Below are positions 21,339 to 34,844 of a stretch of DNA of 64,000 nt, one piece after another; position 1 is the stretch's first letter, and every line of letters starts with the position of its first letter. The notes under the pieces are model-generated. The model was not told the origin of the DNA, ran no database searches, and saw only the letters and a list, made by a program, of their open reading frames with translations. Source of the DNA: Escherichia coli (lineage in GTDB: Bacteria; Pseudomonadota; Gammaproteobacteria; Enterobacterales; Enterobacteriaceae). The stretch lies in NCBI RefSeq assembly GCF_003334405.1, contig NZ_QOWM01000004.1. One strand, given 5' to 3'. A program made the translations under genes and the position numbers.

Positions 21339-22001
21339 TCAGGAAGATGGTTGTTTTTCCGCCCACTGCAGGAAAGTATTTCGCGTTTGTGGGTCAGCCA
21401 GTTTAAACCAATACTTCAGCCGTTGTTCTGTGAGCACCTGAGACTGCGGTGGAATAGCATCCAGCTCGGAAACACCCGAAAGCAGCGTACTGTCATCTGC
21501 CATCATCGTGGCAAATTGCGGTAGTGAAGCGCGTTTCGCGGATTTGTTATAGCGTTCAACCTCGACCTCATAATCAATCGTTTTTGCCGTTGAGGTAATG
21601 GCGAGAATATCCAGCTTTACCGGAATCGGCGTCGCATCGCCATCCAACAATTCAAGGCGCGGCGCGGCATCAAAATGGTTAGCTTCCCGCTCATTCTCCA
21701 GGCGAGGCAGGCGAAAATTGACCTGGTTGATGAGCTGGGTATTAAAACTGACCACCAGCGGTGGGGAGATATACAGCCGTTCTTCACTATTGGAAAGATG
21801 AATCGTCTTCTCAACGCGAAACACTAACTGATGCGGTCCATTATCCAGTTCAATGCTGTCCGCACCGCGCAGCAGAGAGCTGGAAACCTTCTTGCCGTCG
21901 AGTACCAGAAGATCGACATCGGTTGAAAGCCGCAGCGTGGTGGCAAAAACGGATACCGGCAAACATAATGCAATCAAGGTGGTCACGATGCCGGTTTTCA
22001 T
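21339..22001 (-). CDS. yccT: Periplasmic UPF0319 protein YccT
   Basis: 220-aa ORF with N-terminal signal peptide [20 protein letters not shown]. Confidence 0.9.
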
Positions 22002-22173
22002 AGGTAGCTCCTGTCAAAAGACCGCCCGAATAATAATGTGTCAAAATTTTTCTTTAATCATACTTACTAACATATAGACATATTTCCCGCTTTTGCTCTC
22101 ATTCATTCGTATTAGCTGCATGGTTGGCATGTCGGCTTTGTCGTACACTTTGTTAAACAGTCTGGAGGAAATA

Positions 22174-22587
22174 ATGAAAGAAACCGATATTGCAGGCATT
22201 TTAACGTCCACTCACACCATTGCGCTGGTGGGGGCAAGCGACAAACCCGATCGTCCCAGCTATCGCGTGATGAAATATCTACTCGACCAGGGGTATCACG
22301 TCATTCCGGTTTCGCCAAAAGTTGCCGGCAAAACGCTGCTGGGCCAGAAGGGGTATGGCACGCTGGCAGACGTTCCGGAAAAAGTCGATATGGTCGATGT
22401 TTTCCGTAATTCAGAAGCGGCGTGGGGCGTGGCACAGGAAGCTATTGCCATTGGCGCGAAAACCCTCTGGATGCAACTGGGGGTGATTAATGAGCAAGCG
22501 GCAGTACTGGCACGGGATGCCGGGTTAAATGTGGTGATGGATCGCTGCCCGGCTATTGAGATCCCTCGCCTGGGCCTGGCCAAATAA
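22174..22587 (+). CDS. yccU: CoA-binding domain protein YccU
   Basis: ORF 22093..22587 trimmed to [12 protein letters not shown] (137 aa). Confidence 0.9.
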   Translation: MKETDIAGILTSTHTIALVGASDKPDRPSYRVMKYLLDQGYHVIPVSPKVAGKTLLGQKGYGTLADVPEKVDMVDVFRNSEAAWGVAQEAIAIGAKTLWMQLGVINEQAAVLARDAGLNVVMDRCPAIEIPRLGLAK

Positions 22588-22625
22588 AAAATCCCCGGAA
22601 GGCAAAAACCTTCCGGGGATTTGTT
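22585..22625. terminator. Bidirectional intrinsic terminator between convergent yccU and hspQ
   Basis: A6-ATCCCCGGAAGG-CAAAAA-CCTTCCGGGGAT-TTGTT perfect 12-bp stem. Confidence 0.75.
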
Positions 22626-22631
22626 CAGGGA

Positions 22632-23006
<375 letters not shown>

Positions 23007-24197
23007 TTACATGACGCGACAGGCAAACCCTTTCAGATATAGCCCTTCCGGATAGGTAGCGATCACCGGATGATCGGCTGCCTGACGGAACTGCTCTATA
23101 AATTGTACATCACGACCGGCATCAATTGCGGCATCCGCGATGATTTTCTGAAATAAATCGCTGGTCATCAGACCGGAACAGGAGAAAGTCAGGAGAATAC
23201 CGCCTTCATTCAGCAGCTGAATCGCCAGCATGTTGATGTCTTTATAACCACGACACGCGCCCATCAACTGGCTTTTATTCTCAACAAACTTCGGCGGGTC
23301 CATCACGATAACGTCAAATTTTTCACCGCGATCGCGATAAGTACGCAGCAATTTAAAGACATCATCACGGACAAACTCAGCCTTGCTCAGATCCAGTTTG
23401 TTCAGCTCAACGTTCTGCCGTGCAATATCCAGCGCTTCCTGGGAGGTATCAACGCTGACAACCTGGCTGCAACCGCCCATCAGTGCCGATACGGCGAAAC
23501 CACCGGTATAGGAGAAACAGTTCAGCACACGTTTATTTTCAACGTAGCGGCGGGTAGCCAGGCGGCTATCACGCTGGTCCAGGTAGTAGCCCGTTTTGTG
23601 TCCGTGCTGAATATCCACCAGCAGTTTCATTCCGTGTTCTTCAATCGGCAGCAGGGCAGGTGGCAACTCGCCGGTGACGGGGCCCTGGGTCAGCTCCATT
23701 CCTTCTTTTTTACGTACCGCGACGTCGCTGCGATCGTAAATCGAACATTCCGGGTACAGCGTTTGCAGGGCACTAATTAATGCCGCGCGCTGATATTCTG
23801 CCCCAGCACTCAGCAGTTGCAGCACCAGAAAATTACCGAAACGATCGATAGTAATACCCGGCAGGCCATCAGATTCTCCGGCGATTAAACGATAGCTGTC
23901 GAGGCCATCTTTTTGCGCCAGCCAGTCACGCCATTTTTGTGCTTGTTGCAAACGGCGGGAAAAAAAAGCAATGTCGATAGACTCAGACGGGTCAAACGTC
24001 CAGACGCGCGCCCGGATTTGCGAAGCTGGCGAATAAGCGCCGCGTGCTAACCATTTTCCCTGATGATCAACAATATCGATGGTTTCACCGAGGCTGGCTT
24101 TACCTTCCATGCGGGCAACGGCCCCGGAAAAGACCCACGGATGGCGACGAAGTAATGATTTTTCGCGCCCTTTGGCTAACACTAAACGTACACTCAT
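23007..24197 (-). CDS. rlmI: 23S rRNA m5C1962 methyltransferase RlmI
   Basis: 396-aa [26 protein letters not shown]... Confidence 0.93.
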
Positions 24198-24291
24198 AAT
24201 TTACTTTTCTGTCGATGCAAAGAAATGGGCGTCATTGTCCGGAGTTTTCCATGGATTTGCAACGCGTCCATTAAGGATAAGGAGAGCAGCA

Positions 24292-24570
24292 ATGTCGAAA
24301 GTCTGCATAATTGCCTGGGTTTACGGGCGAGTTCAGGGCGTAGGATTTCGCTACACCACACAGTACGAAGCGAAAAGACTGGGTTTAACCGGGTACGCCA
24401 AAAATCTTGACGATGGCAGCGTGGAAGTGGTTGCTTGCGGTGAAGAAGGGCAGGTGGAAAAATTAATGCAGTGGTTAAAGAGTGGCGGCCCGCGTTCTGC
24501 GCGTGTAGAACGGGTGCTCAGCGAGCCGCATCATCCCTCGGGGGAATTAACCGATTTTCGTATCCGTTAA
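24292..24570 (+). CDS. yccX: Acylphosphatase YccX
   Basis: ORF 24079..24570 trimmed to [21 protein letters not shown] (92 aa), the acylphosphatase signature. Confidence 0.9.
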
Positions 24571-24896
24571 ATACATTTTACCGGTTTTGGCAGGCCAGCA
24601 ATTTTGGTGGCTTGCTTAGCCGGACCTTTCGGAAACAGTCGGTATAAATAGCGGCTGTTACCTTTTTCTTCGCCAAATTTATTCGCCATCGCTTTTACCA
24701 GCATACGAATCGCCGGAGAAGTATTGAATTCCAGATAGAAATCACGCACAAAACGCACCACTTCCCAGTGTTCCGGTGACAGCGAAATCCCTTCGTTCTC
24801 TGCAATCACCACAGCCAGCGGCTCACTCCACTGGCTGCTTTCTTTGAGATAGCCTTCGGTATCCGTTTCTATCTCTTTACCTTCGAAGATCAGCAT
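24567..24896 (-). CDS. tusE: Sulfur-relay protein TusE
   Basis: ORF 24567..24953 trimmed to [17 protein letters not shown] (109 aa); 4-nt convergent overlap with yccX. Confidence 0.9.
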
Positions 24897-24986
24897 AATT
24901 ATTACTACCTTAATCAGACTGGCGGCAGTGTAACAAAAAACAAAGCCCCGCATAAAGCGAGGCTATGAAAGTGTTAGCGGGTGAGA

Positions 24987-25646
24987 TTAATCGCGGCTAG
25001 CGAAGCCCAGAATGCTCAGCAGGCTGACGAAGATGTTGTACAGCGAAACATACAGGCTAACCGTGGCACGAATATAGTTCGTCTCACCGCCATGAATGAT
25101 GTTGCTGGTTTCAAACAAGATAGCGCCAGAGGAGATCAGAATGAAGACCGCGCTGATCGCCAGATGCAGAGCAGGCAGCTGCAGGAAGATATTCGCAACC
25201 ATACCAATCAGCACCACCACAATACCCGCCATCAGCATACCGCCGAGGAACGACATATCTTTGCGGGTGGTCAGCACATATGCAGAGCAGCAGAAGAACA
25301 CTAACGCCGTTCCGCCCAGTGCCATAGCGATTACGTCACCCATTCCGGCAGACAGATAGGTGTTCAGAATAGGTCCGAGGATATAACCCAGAAAACCGGT
25401 AAAGGCGAATGCGGAGATAATCCCGGTCGGCTTATTCGCCGTTTTATAGGTCAGGAACATCAAACCATACATACCCACCAGCGTCAGAATCAGACCCGGA
25501 GATGGCAGCATCAGCACCGTACTGGCAGTTGCGGTAATCGCCGAAAAGGCCAGCGTCAGGCTCAGCAGAAAATAGGTATTACGCAGCACCTTATGGGTGC
25601 TAAGCAGTGATGTACGGTCATGTGAAGAACTAACAATACGATCCAT
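24987..25646 (-). CDS. yccA: Inner-membrane protein YccA (BAX-inhibitor-1 family, FtsH modulator)
   Basis: 219-aa multi-pass membrane [23 protein letters not shown]... Confidence 0.93.
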   Translation of the reverse strand: MDRIVSSSHDRTSLLSTHKVLRNTYFLLSLTLAFSAITATASTVLMLPSPGLILTLVGMYGLMFLTYKTANKPTGIISAFAFTGFLGYILGPILNTYLSAGMGDVIAMALGGTALVFFCCSAYVLTTRKDMSFLGGMLMAGIVVVLIGMVANIFLQLPALHLAISAVFILISSGAILFETSNIIHGGETNYIRATVSLYVSLYNIFVSLLSILGFASRD

Positions 25647-25819
25647 TGAGTCACTCTCTATGACAGATGTAATTAATTAAGCAGCATAATGATAATGCGT
25701 AAGGGCACCCAGAAGTTTTACCCATCTTTACGCATTTGATCTGGAACAGGTTTAACAGCGGATTATCAGGTCATTAAGCAAATATAACGCCCTGAGAATT
25801 TCGACAGGCAAAAGAAAAA

Positions 25820-25850
25820 GGGGTTAGCATTTAGCTAACCCCTTATCTTA
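25820..25850 (-). terminator. Intrinsic terminator of serT
   Basis: On the minus strand: GGGGTTAGC-TAAAT-GCTAACCCC followed by TTTTTCTTTT, directly after the tRNA 3' end. Confidence 0.75.
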
Positions 25851-25852
25851 TT

Positions 25853-25940
25853 TGGCGGAAGCGCAGAGATTCGAACTCTGGAACCCTTTCGGGTCGCCGG
25901 TTTTCAAGACCGGTGCCTTCAACCGCTCGGCCACACTTCC
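25853..25940 (-). tRNA. serT: tRNA-Ser (anticodon UGA)
   Basis: Reverse complement reads GGAAGTGTGGCCGAGCGGTTGAAGGCACCGGTCTTGAAAACCGG...GCTTCCGCCA with long variable arm and encoded CCA. Confidence 0.95.
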
Positions 25941-26366
25941 GGAATGACGCGCACTATAAACATCCCGATGCGGCGTGTAAACCCCTAATTTGTTTGTTTG
26001 CCTGAAAAACAGCCAAAAGTGCATTGATAGCGTGAAATAACAGCAGATTGATCATTTCATCACCATGAATTCCTTCTCTTTTACTCGTTTAGCAACCGGC
26101 TAAACATCCCCACCGCCCGGCCAAAAGAAAAATAGGTCCATTTTTATCGCTAAAAGATAAATCCACACAGTTTGTATTGTTTTGTGCAAAAGTTTCACTA
26201 CGCTTTATTAACAATACTTTCTGGCGACGTGCGCCAGTGCAGAAGGATGAGCTTTCGTTTTCAGCATCTCACGTGAAGCGATGGTTTGCCTTGCTACAGG
26301 GACGTCGCTTGCCGACCATAAGCGCCCGGTGTCCTGCCGGTGTCGCAAGGAGGAGAGACGTGCGAT

Positions 26367-27485
26367 ATGAATAACGAGGAAACATTTTACCAGGCCATGC
26401 GGCGTCAGGGCGTTACCCGGCGCAGCTTTCTCAAATATTGTAGTCTGGCTGCCACGTCGCTGGGATTAGGCGCGGGAATGGCACCAAAGATTGCCTGGGC
26501 GCTGGAGAACAAACCGCGCATTCCGGTGGTATGGATCCACGGTCTGGAATGCACCTGCTGTACCGAATCTTTTATCCGCTCCGCTCACCCACTGGCGAAG
26601 GACGTCATCCTTTCCCTGATTTCCCTCGATTACGACGATACTTTGATGGCTGCCGCCGGAACCCAGGCGGAAGAAGTCTTTGAAGACATCATCACGCAAT
26701 ACAATGGCAAATATATCCTCGCAGTAGAAGGTAATCCGCCGCTGGGCGAGCAGGGGATGTTCTGTATCAGCAGCGGTCGACCGTTTATTGAGAAACTCAA
26801 ACGTGCCGCTGCCGGAGCCAGCGCGATTATCGCCTGGGGAACCTGCGCGTCCTGGGGCTGCGTGCAGGCCGCGCGACCCAATCCGACGCAGGCAACGCCT
26901 ATCGACAAAGTCATCACCGACAAACCCATTATCAAAGTACCTGGCTGCCCGCCGATCCCGGATGTGATGAGCGCCATCATTACTTACATGGTGACCTTTG
27001 ATCGCTTGCCAGATGTCGACAGAATGGGCCGTCCGCTGATGTTCTATGGTCAGCGAATCCACGATAAATGCTATCGCCGCGCCCACTTCGACGCCGGAGA
27101 GTTCGTCCAGAGTTGGGATGATGACGCTGCCCGCAAAGGTTACTGCCTGTACAAAATGGGCTGCAAAGGGCCTACCACCTATAACGCCTGTTCCTCCACA
27201 CGCTGGAATGATGGCGTTTCTTTCCCAATCCAGTCTGGTCACGGCTGCCTGGGCTGTGCGGAAAATGGTTTCTGGGATCGCGGTTCGTTCTACAGCCGCG
27301 TGGTCGATATTCCGCAAATGGGTACTCATTCCACCGCCGATACCGTCGGTTTAACCGCGCTTGGCGTGGTGGCAGCGGCTGTTGGTGTGCACGCAGTCGC
27401 CAGCGCCGTTGACCAGCGCAGACGTCATAACCAGCAACCTACAGAAACCGAACATCAGCCAGGCAATGAGGATAAACAGGCATGA
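26367..27485 (+). CDS. hyaA: Hydrogenase 1 small subunit
   Basis: ORF 26340..27485 trimmed to [24 protein letters not shown] (Tat motif RRxFLK), 372 aa. Confidence 0.95.
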   Translation: MNNEETFYQAMRRQGVTRRSFLKYCSLAATSLGLGAGMAPKIAWALENKPRIPVVWIHGLECTCCTESFIRSAHPLAKDVILSLISLDYDDTLMAAAGTQAEEVFEDIITQYNGKYILAVEGNPPLGEQGMFCISSGRPFIEKLKRAAAGASAIIAWGTCASWGCVQAARPNPTQATPIDKVITDKPIIKVPGCPPIPDVMSAIITYMVTFDRLPDVDRMGRPLMFYGQRIHDKCYRRAHFDAGEFVQSWDDDAARKGYCLYKMGCKGPTTYNACSSTRWNDGVSFPIQSGHGCLGCAENGFWDRGSFYSRVVDIPQMGTHSTADTVGLTALGVVAAAVGVHAVASAVDQRRRHNQQPTETEHQPGNEDKQA

Positions 27486-29275
27486 GCACTCAGTACGAAA
27501 CTCAGGGATACACCATCAATAATGCCGGACGCCGCCTGGTGGTCGACCCGATTACGCGCATCGAAGGCCACATGCGCTGCGAAGTGAATATTAACGATCA
27601 GAATGTGATCACCAATGCCGTCTCCTGCGGCACCATGTTTCGCGGGCTGGAGATCATCCTACAAGGGCGCGACCCGCGCGATGCGTGGGCGTTCGTTGAA
27701 CGTATCTGCGGCGTCTGTACTGGCGTACACGCCCTGGCTTCGGTTTACGCCATCGAAGATGCTATCGGTATTAAAGTGCCGGACAACGCCAATATCATCC
27801 GCAACATTATGCTGGCAACGCTCTGGTGCCACGATCATCTGGTGCACTTCTATCAGCTTGCCGGGATGGACTGGATCGATGTGTTAGATGCGCTGAAAGC
27901 CGACCCGCGGAAAACCTCCGAACTGGCGCAAAGTCTCTCCTCTTGGCCGAAATCATCCCCTGGCTATTTCTTCGACGTACAAAACCGCCTGAAAAAATTT
28001 GTTGAAGGCGGGCAGTTGGGGATCTTCCGCAATGGCTACTGGGGGCACCCGCAGTACAAACTGCCGCCAGAAGCTAACCTGATGGGCTTTGCCCACTATC
28101 TCGAAGCTCTCGATTTCCAGCGTGAAATTGTCAAAATCCACGCGGTCTTTGGCGGTAAAAACCCGCATCCAAACTGGATTGTCGGCGGGATGCCTTGCGC
28201 CATCAACATTGACGAAAGCGGCGCGGTCGGGGCAGTCAATATGGAACGCCTGAACCTGGTGCAGTCAATTATCACCCGCACGGCGGACTTCATTAACAAC
28301 GTGATGATCCCCGACGCCTTAGCCATCGGTCAGTTCAACAAACCGTGGAGCGAAATCGGCACTGGTCTTTCTGATAAATGCGTTCTCAGCTACGGCGCAT
28401 TCCCGGATATTGCCAACGACTTTGGCGAGAAAAGTCTGCTGATGCCTGGCGGCGCGGTGATTAACGGCGACTTCAACAATGTGCTGCCAGTGGATTTGGT
28501 TGATCCGCAGCAGGTGCAGGAGTTTGTCGACCACGCCTGGTATCGATATCCCAACGATCAGGTCGGGCGTCATCCGTTCGATGGCATCACCGACCCGTGG
28601 TACAACCCCGGCGATGTCAAAGGCAGCGATACCAACATTCAGCAGCTGAATGAACAGGAACGCTACTCGTGGATCAAAGCGCCACGCTGGCGCGGTAACG
28701 CGATGGAAGTGGGGCCGCTGGCGCGCACGTTAATCGCTTATCACAAAGGCGATGCTGCGACCGTTGAGTCGGTCGATCGCATGATGTCGGCGTTGAACCT
28801 GCCGCTTTCCGGTATCCAGTCAACGTTAGGCCGCATTTTGTGCCGCGCGCACGAAGCGCAGTGGGCCGCAGGTAAGTTGCAGTATTTCTTCGACAAGCTG
28901 ATGACCAACCTGAAAAACGGCAATCTCGCCACTGCTTCCACGGAAAAATGGGAACCTGCAACCTGGCCGACAGAGTGCCGTGGTGTCGGTTTTACCGAAG
29001 CGCCGCGCGGGGCGTTAGGCCACTGGGCCGCCATTCGCGATGGCAAGATTGATCTCTACCAGTGCGTGGTGCCGACCACCTGGAACGCCAGCCCGCGCGA
29101 TCCCAAAGGGCAGATTGGCGCTTATGAAGCTGCGCTGATGAACACCAAAATGGCGATCCCCGAGCAACCGCTGGAGATCCTGCGTACTCTGCACAGCTTT
29201 GACCCGTGCCTCGCCTGTTCAACACACGTGCTGGGCGACGACGGTAGCGAGCTGATCTCCGTGCAGGTGCGTTAA
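27482..29275 (+). CDS. hyaB: Hydrogenase 1 large subunit
   Basis: 597-aa ORF; N-terminal [10 protein letters not shown] and C-terminal DPCLACSTH NiFe-ligand motifs. Confidence 0.96.
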   Translation: MSTQYETQGYTINNAGRRLVVDPITRIEGHMRCEVNINDQNVITNAVSCGTMFRGLEIILQGRDPRDAWAFVERICGVCTGVHALASVYAIEDAIGIKVPDNANIIRNIMLATLWCHDHLVHFYQLAGMDWIDVLDALKADPRKTSELAQSLSSWPKSSPGYFFDVQNRLKKFVEGGQLGIFRNGYWGHPQYKLPPEANLMGFAHYLEALDFQREIVKIHAVFGGKNPHPNWIVGGMPCAINIDESGAVGAVNMERLNLVQSIITRTADFINNVMIPDALAIGQFNKPWSEIGTGLSDKCVLSYGAFPDIANDFGEKSLLMPGGAVINGDFNNVLPVDLVDPQQVQEFVDHAWYRYPNDQVGRHPFDGITDPWYNPGDVKGSDTNIQQLNEQERYSWIKAPRWRGNAMEVGPLARTLIAYHKGDAATVESVDRMMSALNLPLSGIQSTLGRILCRAHEAQWAAGKLQYFFDKLMTNLKNGNLATASTEKWEPATWPTECRGVGFTEAPRGALGHWAAIRDGKIDLYQCVVPTTWNASPRDPKGQIGAYEAALMNTKMAIPEQPLEILRTLHSFDPCLACSTHVLGDDGSELISVQVR

Positions 29276-29293
29276 CAGCGAAGGAGAATCATC

Positions 29294-30001
29294 ATGCAAC
29301 AGAAAAGCGACAACGTTGTCAGCCACTATGTCTTTGAAGCGCCAGTGCGCATCTGGCACTGGTTGACGGTGTTATGCATGGCGGTGTTGATGGTCACCGG
29401 ATACTTTATCGGCAAGCCGCTACCTTCCGTCAGCGGCGAGGCGACGTATCTGTTCTATATGGGCTACATCAGGTTAATTCACTTCAGCGCCGGGATGGTT
29501 TTTACCGTGGTTTTGCTGATGCGGATCTACTGGGCTTTTGTTGGCAATCGATACTCCCGCGAGCTGTTTATCGTGCCGGTATGGCGTAAAAGCTGGTGGC
29601 AGGGCGTGTGGTATGAAATCCGCTGGTATCTGTTTCTGGCAAAACGTCCGAGTGCCGATATAGGCCATAATCCCATCGCCCAGGCGGCGATGTTCGGCTA
29701 TTTCCTGATGTCGGTCTTTATGATCATCACTGGTTTTGCGCTGTACAGCGAACACAGCCAGTACGCTATTTTTGCGCCGTTCCGTTATGTGGTGGAATTT
29801 TTCTACTGGACGGGTGGCAACTCAATGGACATTCACAGCTGGCATCGGCTGGGGATGTGGCTGATTGGCGCGTTTGTGATCGGTCATGTCTACATGGCGC
29901 TGCGTGAAGACATCATGTCCGACGACACGGTGATCTCCACCATGGTCAACGGCTACCGTAGCCACAAATTTGGCAAAATAAGTAACAAGGAGCGTTCATG
30001 A
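29294..30001 (+). CDS. hyaC: Hydrogenase 1 cytochrome b subunit
   Basis: 235-aa membrane ORF downstream of hyaB. Confidence 0.95.
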
Positions 30002-30585
30002 GCGAGCAACGCGTGGTGGTCATGGGGCTGGGCAACCTGCTGTGGGCCGATGAAGGCTTCGGCGTGCGGGTGGCGGAACGGCTGTATGCCCATTACCACT
30101 GGCCCGAGTATGTGGAGATTGTCGATGGCGGTACTCAGGGACTGAACTTGCTGGGGTATGTCGAAAGCGCCAGCCATCTGTTGATTCTCGATGCCATTGA
30201 CTACGGGCTGGAACCTGGAACGCTGCGAACCTATGCCGGAGAACGCATTCCGGCTTATCTCAGCGCGAAGAAAATGAGCCTGCATCAGAACAGTTTCTCC
30301 GAAGTGTTGGCGCTGGCGGATATCCGCGGACATCTGCCAGCACATATTGCCCTCGTCGGTCTGCAACCCGCAATGCTCGACGACTACGGCGGTAGCCTGA
30401 GCGAACTGGCACGGGAGCAACTGCCCGCTGCGGAACAGGCGGCGCTGGCGCAGCTTGCTGCGTGGGGAATTGTGCCGCAACCGGCTAATGAATCGCGCTG
30501 TCTCAATTATGACTGTCTGTCGATGGAAAATTACGAAGGCGTTCGCTTGCGCCAGTACCGGATGACACAGGAGGAGCAGGGATGA
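29998..30585 (+). CDS. hyaD: Hydrogenase 1 maturation endopeptidase
   Basis: 195-aa [25 protein letters not shown]; 4-nt overlap with hyaC. Confidence 0.93.
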
Positions 30586-30980
30586 GCAACGACACGCCAT
30601 TTGATGCGTTGTGGCAACGAATGCTGGCGCGCGGCTGGACGCCAGTCAGTGAATCCCGTCTTGACGACTGGCTTACGCAAGCGCCAGACGGCGTGGTGTT
30701 ATTAAGCAGTGACCCGAAACGCACGCCAGAGGTCAGCGATAATCCGGTAATGATTGGCGAATTACTGCGCGAGTTTCCCGACTATACATGGCAGGTGGCG
30801 ATTGCTGACCTTGAGCAGAGCGAAGCCATCGGCGATCGCTTTGGCGTCTTTCGCTTTCCTGCCACTTTAGTGTTTACCGGCGGAAACTATCGCGGCGTGC
30901 TGAATGGTATTCACCCGTGGGCGGAACTGATAAACCTGATGCGCGGGCTTGTCGAACCGCAGCAGGAGCGTGCCTCATGA
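30582..30980 (+). CDS. hyaE: Hydrogenase 1 operon protein HyaE
   Basis: 132-aa ORF, translationally coupled to hyaD. Confidence 0.92.
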
Positions 30981-31834
30981 GCGAAACTTTTTTCCATCTG
31001 CTGGGGCCAGGAACGCAACCGAACGATGACAGTTTCAGCATGAATCCACTGCCGATCACCTGTCAGGTGAATGATGAACCGAGTATGGCGGCCCTGGAGC
31101 AATGTGCTCACAGCCCGCAGGTGATTGCGCTGTTAAACGAGTTACAACATCAACTAAGCGAACGCCAACCGCCGTTGGGCGAGGTGCTGGCAGTCGATCT
31201 GTTAAATCTCAACGCCGACGATCGTCACTTTATCAATACGCTTCTCGGGGAAGGGGAAGTGTCAGTGCGCATTCAGCAGGCTGACGACAGTGAAAGTGAA
31301 ATACAGGAGGCGATCTTCTGCGGATTATGGCGGGTGCGCAGACGTCGCGGCGAAAAGTTGCTGGAGGACAAACTGGAGGCTGGCTGCGCGCCGCTGGCGT
31401 TGTGGCAGGCGGCAACGCAAAATCTCTTGCCGACAGATTCGCTGTTACCGCCGCCCATTGATGGCCTGATGAATGGCCTACCGTTGGCGCATGAGTTACT
31501 GGCACATGTACGTAACCCCGACGCGCAGCCGCACAGCATTAATCTGACGCAATTACCCATCAGCGAGGCTGATCGGCTTTTTCTCTCACGTCTCTGTGGG
31601 CCGGGAAATATTCAGATTCGTACCATTGGCTATGGCGAGAGCTATATCAACGCCACGGGGTTACGCCATGTCTGGCATTTACGCTGTACGGACACCTTAA
31701 AAGGCCCGTTACTGGAAAGTTATGAAATCTGCCCAATACCGGAAGTGGTGCTGGCAGCGCCAGAAGATTTGGTCGACTCTGCGCAGCGGCTTAGCGAGGT
31801 ATGTCAGTGGCTGGCGGAAGCTGCACCGACGTAA
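30977..31834 (+). CDS. hyaF: Hydrogenase 1 operon protein HyaF
   Basis: ORF 30917..31834 trimmed to [12 protein letters not shown] (285 aa); ATGA overlap with hyaE. Confidence 0.92.
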   Translation: MSETFFHLLGPGTQPNDDSFSMNPLPITCQVNDEPSMAALEQCAHSPQVIALLNELQHQLSERQPPLGEVLAVDLLNLNADDRHFINTLLGEGEVSVRIQQADDSESEIQEAIFCGLWRVRRRRGEKLLEDKLEAGCAPLALWQAATQNLLPTDSLLPPPIDGLMNGLPLAHELLAHVRNPDAQPHSINLTQLPISEADRLFLSRLCGPGNIQIRTIGYGESYINATGLRHVWHLRCTDTLKGPLLESYEICPIPEVVLAAPEDLVDSAQRLSEVCQWLAEAAPT

Positions 31835-31967
31835 AAAGACGGTAAGTATCGCTTTCAGTCTTATGAATATCGCAATCGGCGAATACCTCTGGTCGTAGAG
31901 TTTCAGGATAAAGAGGGAGATCTACCATTATCGGGTTATTTTTCTCTCTTCGCCTACAGGAGTGCGC

Positions 31968-33512
31968 ATGTGGGATGTCATTGATTTATCGCGCTGGCAG
32001 TTTGCTCTGACCGCGCTGTATCACTTTTTATTTGTACCCCTTACCCTGGGGCTGATTTTTTTGCTGGCTATTATGGAAACCATTTACGTGGTCACCGGCA
32101 AAACAATCTACCGCGATATGACGCGCTTCTGGGGTAAGCTCTTCGGTATCAATTTTGCTCTTGGCGTGGCTACCGGCCTGACCATGGAGTTTCAGTTTGG
32201 TACTAACTGGTCATTCTATTCCAACTATGTGGGCGATATTTTTGGCGCACCGCTGGCGATGGAAGCATTAATGGCCTTCTTCCTCGAATCCACCTTTGTC
32301 GGGCTGTTCTTCTTCGGCTGGCAACGGCTGAATAAATACCAGCACCTGCTGGTGACGTGGCTGGTGGCGTTCGGTTCAAATCTCTCTGCGTTGTGGATAT
32401 TGAATGCCAACGGTTGGATGCAATACCCGACCGGTGCGCATTTTGATATCGACACCCTGCGTATGGAGATGACCAGCTTCAGCGAGCTGGTCTTTAATCC
32501 GGTCAGCCAGGTGAAATTTGTGCACACCGTAATGGCGGGCTACGTGACCGGGGCCATGTTTATTATGGCGATCAGCGCCTGGTATTTACTGCGCGGACGG
32601 GAGCGCGATGTCGCATTACGCTCGTTTGCCATCGGTTCCGTCTTCGGTACTCTGGCGATTATCGGTACCCTGCAACTCGGAGACAGTTCTGCGTATGAAG
32701 TCGCGCAAGTACAACCGGTAAAACTGGCGGCGATGGAAGGGGAGTGGCAAACGGAACCTGCACCTGCACCGTTCCATGTGGTTGCCTGGCCGGAACAGGA
32801 TCAAGAGCGTAACGCCTTTGCCCTCAAAATTCCCGCGCTGCTAGGGATCCTCGCCACTCACTCATTAGATAAACCCGTGCCGGGTCTGAAGAATTTGATG
32901 GCTGAAACCTACCCACGCTTGCAACGCGGACGTATGGCCTGGCTGTTAATGCAGGAAATATCGCAAGGCAATCGTGAGCCGCATGTGTTGCAGGCATTCC
33001 GGGGACTGGAAGGTGACCTGGGCTACGGCATGTTGCTCTCCCGCTATGCGCCGGATATGAATCATGTCACAGCCGCACAGTACCAGGCGGCGATGCGTGG
33101 CGCGATACCTCAGGTTGCGCCGGTATTCTGGAGTTTCCGCATCATGGTGGGCTGTGGTTCCCTGCTGCTACTGGTGATGCTGATTGCGCTTGTCCAGACG
33201 CTGCGTGGCAAAATCGACCAGCATCGCTGGGTGCTGAAAATGGCGCTCTGGAGTTTGCCGTTGCCGTGGATTGCGATTGAAGCCGGGTGGTTTATGACCG
33301 AGTTTGGTCGTCAGCCGTGGGCGATACAGGACATCTTACCGACATACTCCGCGCACTCCGCTTTAACCACAGGACAACTGGCTTTCTCACTGATCATGAT
33401 CGTAGGGCTTTACACCCTGTTCTTAATCGCCGAAGTCTACCTGATGCAGAAATATGCCCGTCTGGGGCCGAGCGCGATGCAGAGTGAACAACCGACGCAG
33501 CAACAGGGGTAA
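31968..33512 (+). CDS. appC: Cytochrome bd-II oxidase subunit I
   Basis: ORF 31962..33512 trimmed to [12 protein letters not shown] (514 aa). Confidence 0.94.
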
Positions 33513-33523
33513 AGGAGAAAATC

Positions 33524-34660
33524 ATGTTTGATTATGAAACATTGCGCTTCATCTGGTGGCTGCTGATTGGCGTGATCCTGGTGGTCTTTATGATCTCCGA
33601 CGGATTTGACATGGGGATCGGCTGTCTGCTGCCGCTGGTGGCGCGTAATGATGATGAACGCCGGATAGTGATAAACAGCGTTGGTGCACACTGGGAAGGC
33701 AACCAGGTCTGGTTGATCCTCGCTGGTGGGGCATTATTTGCCGCCTGGCCCAGAGTGTATGCAGCGGCGTTTTCCGGCTTTTATGTGGCGATGATCCTGG
33801 TGCTGTGCTCACTGTTCTTCCGCCCGCTGGCCTTTGATTATCGCGGAAAAATCGCCGATGCACGCTGGCGTAAAATGTGGGACGCCGGTCTGGTCATCGG
33901 CAGTCTGGTGCCGCCGGTAGTCTTCGGTATCGCCTTCGGCAACTTGTTGCTCGGCGTGCCGTTTGCCTTCACACCGCAATTACGCGTGGAGTATCTCGGC
34001 AGCTTCTGGCAACTGCTGACGCCATTCCCTTTATTGTGCGGATTGCTCAGCCTTGGGATGGTGATTTTGCAAGGTGGCGTCTGGTTACAACTGAAAACTG
34101 TTGGTGTGATTCATCTGCGTTCACAGCTGGCGACCAAACGCGCTGCACTGTTGGTGATGCTGTGCTTTTTGCTGGCGGGTTACTGGCTGTGGGTCGGTAT
34201 TGATGGCTTTGTACTGCTCGCCCAGGATGCTAACGGTCCTTCCAATCCGTTAATGAAACTGGTGGCAGTGCTACCTGGTGCCTGGATGAATAATTTTGTC
34301 GAGTCGCCCGTTTTGTGGATCTTCCCGCTGCTGGGATTCTTCTGCCCATTGCTGACGGTGATGGCGATTTATCGTGGTCGCCCGGGTTGGGGATTTTTGA
34401 TGGCATCATTGATGCAATTTGGCGTGATTTTCACGGCAGGCATCACGCTGTTCCCCTTTGTCATGCCGTCAAGCGTGAGTCCGATCTCCAGCCTGACGTT
34501 GTGGGACAGTACTTCCAGTCAGCTGACGCTGAGCATTATGTTGGTAATCGTGCTGATATTTTTGCCCATTGTGTTGCTCTACACTCTCTGGAGCTACTAC
34601 AAAATGTGGGGGCGCATGACAACAGAAACTCTCCGCCGTAACGAAAACGAGTTGTACTAA
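33524..34660 (+). CDS. appB: Cytochrome bd-II oxidase subunit II
   Basis: 378-aa membrane [20 protein letters not shown]... Confidence 0.94.
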
Positions 34661-34672
34661 GGAGCAGAAACA

Positions 34673-34765
34673 ATGTGGTATTTACTTTGGTTCGTCGGCA
34701 TTTTGTTGATGTGTTCGCTCTCCACCCTTGTGTTGGTATGGCTGGACCCGCGTCTGAAAAGTTAA
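34673..34765 (+). CDS. appX: Cytochrome bd-II accessory small protein AppX
   Basis: 30-aa ORF MWYLLWFVGILLMCSLSTLVLVWLDPRLKS with GGAG RBS 9 nt upstream; below the ORF-track length cutoff. Confidence 0.75.
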   Translation: MWYLLWFVGILLMCSLSTLVLVWLDPRLKS

Positions 34766-34770
34766 CGAAC

Positions 34771-34806
34771 GTAGGCCTGATGCGGCGCATTAGCATCGCA
34801 TCAGGC
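34771..34806. repeat. REP (repetitive extragenic palindromic) element
   Basis: GTAGGCCTGATGCGGCGC...GCATCAGGC palindrome between appX and appA. Confidence 0.6.
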
Positions 34807-34844
34807 AATCAATAATGTCAGATATGAAAAGCGGAAACATATCG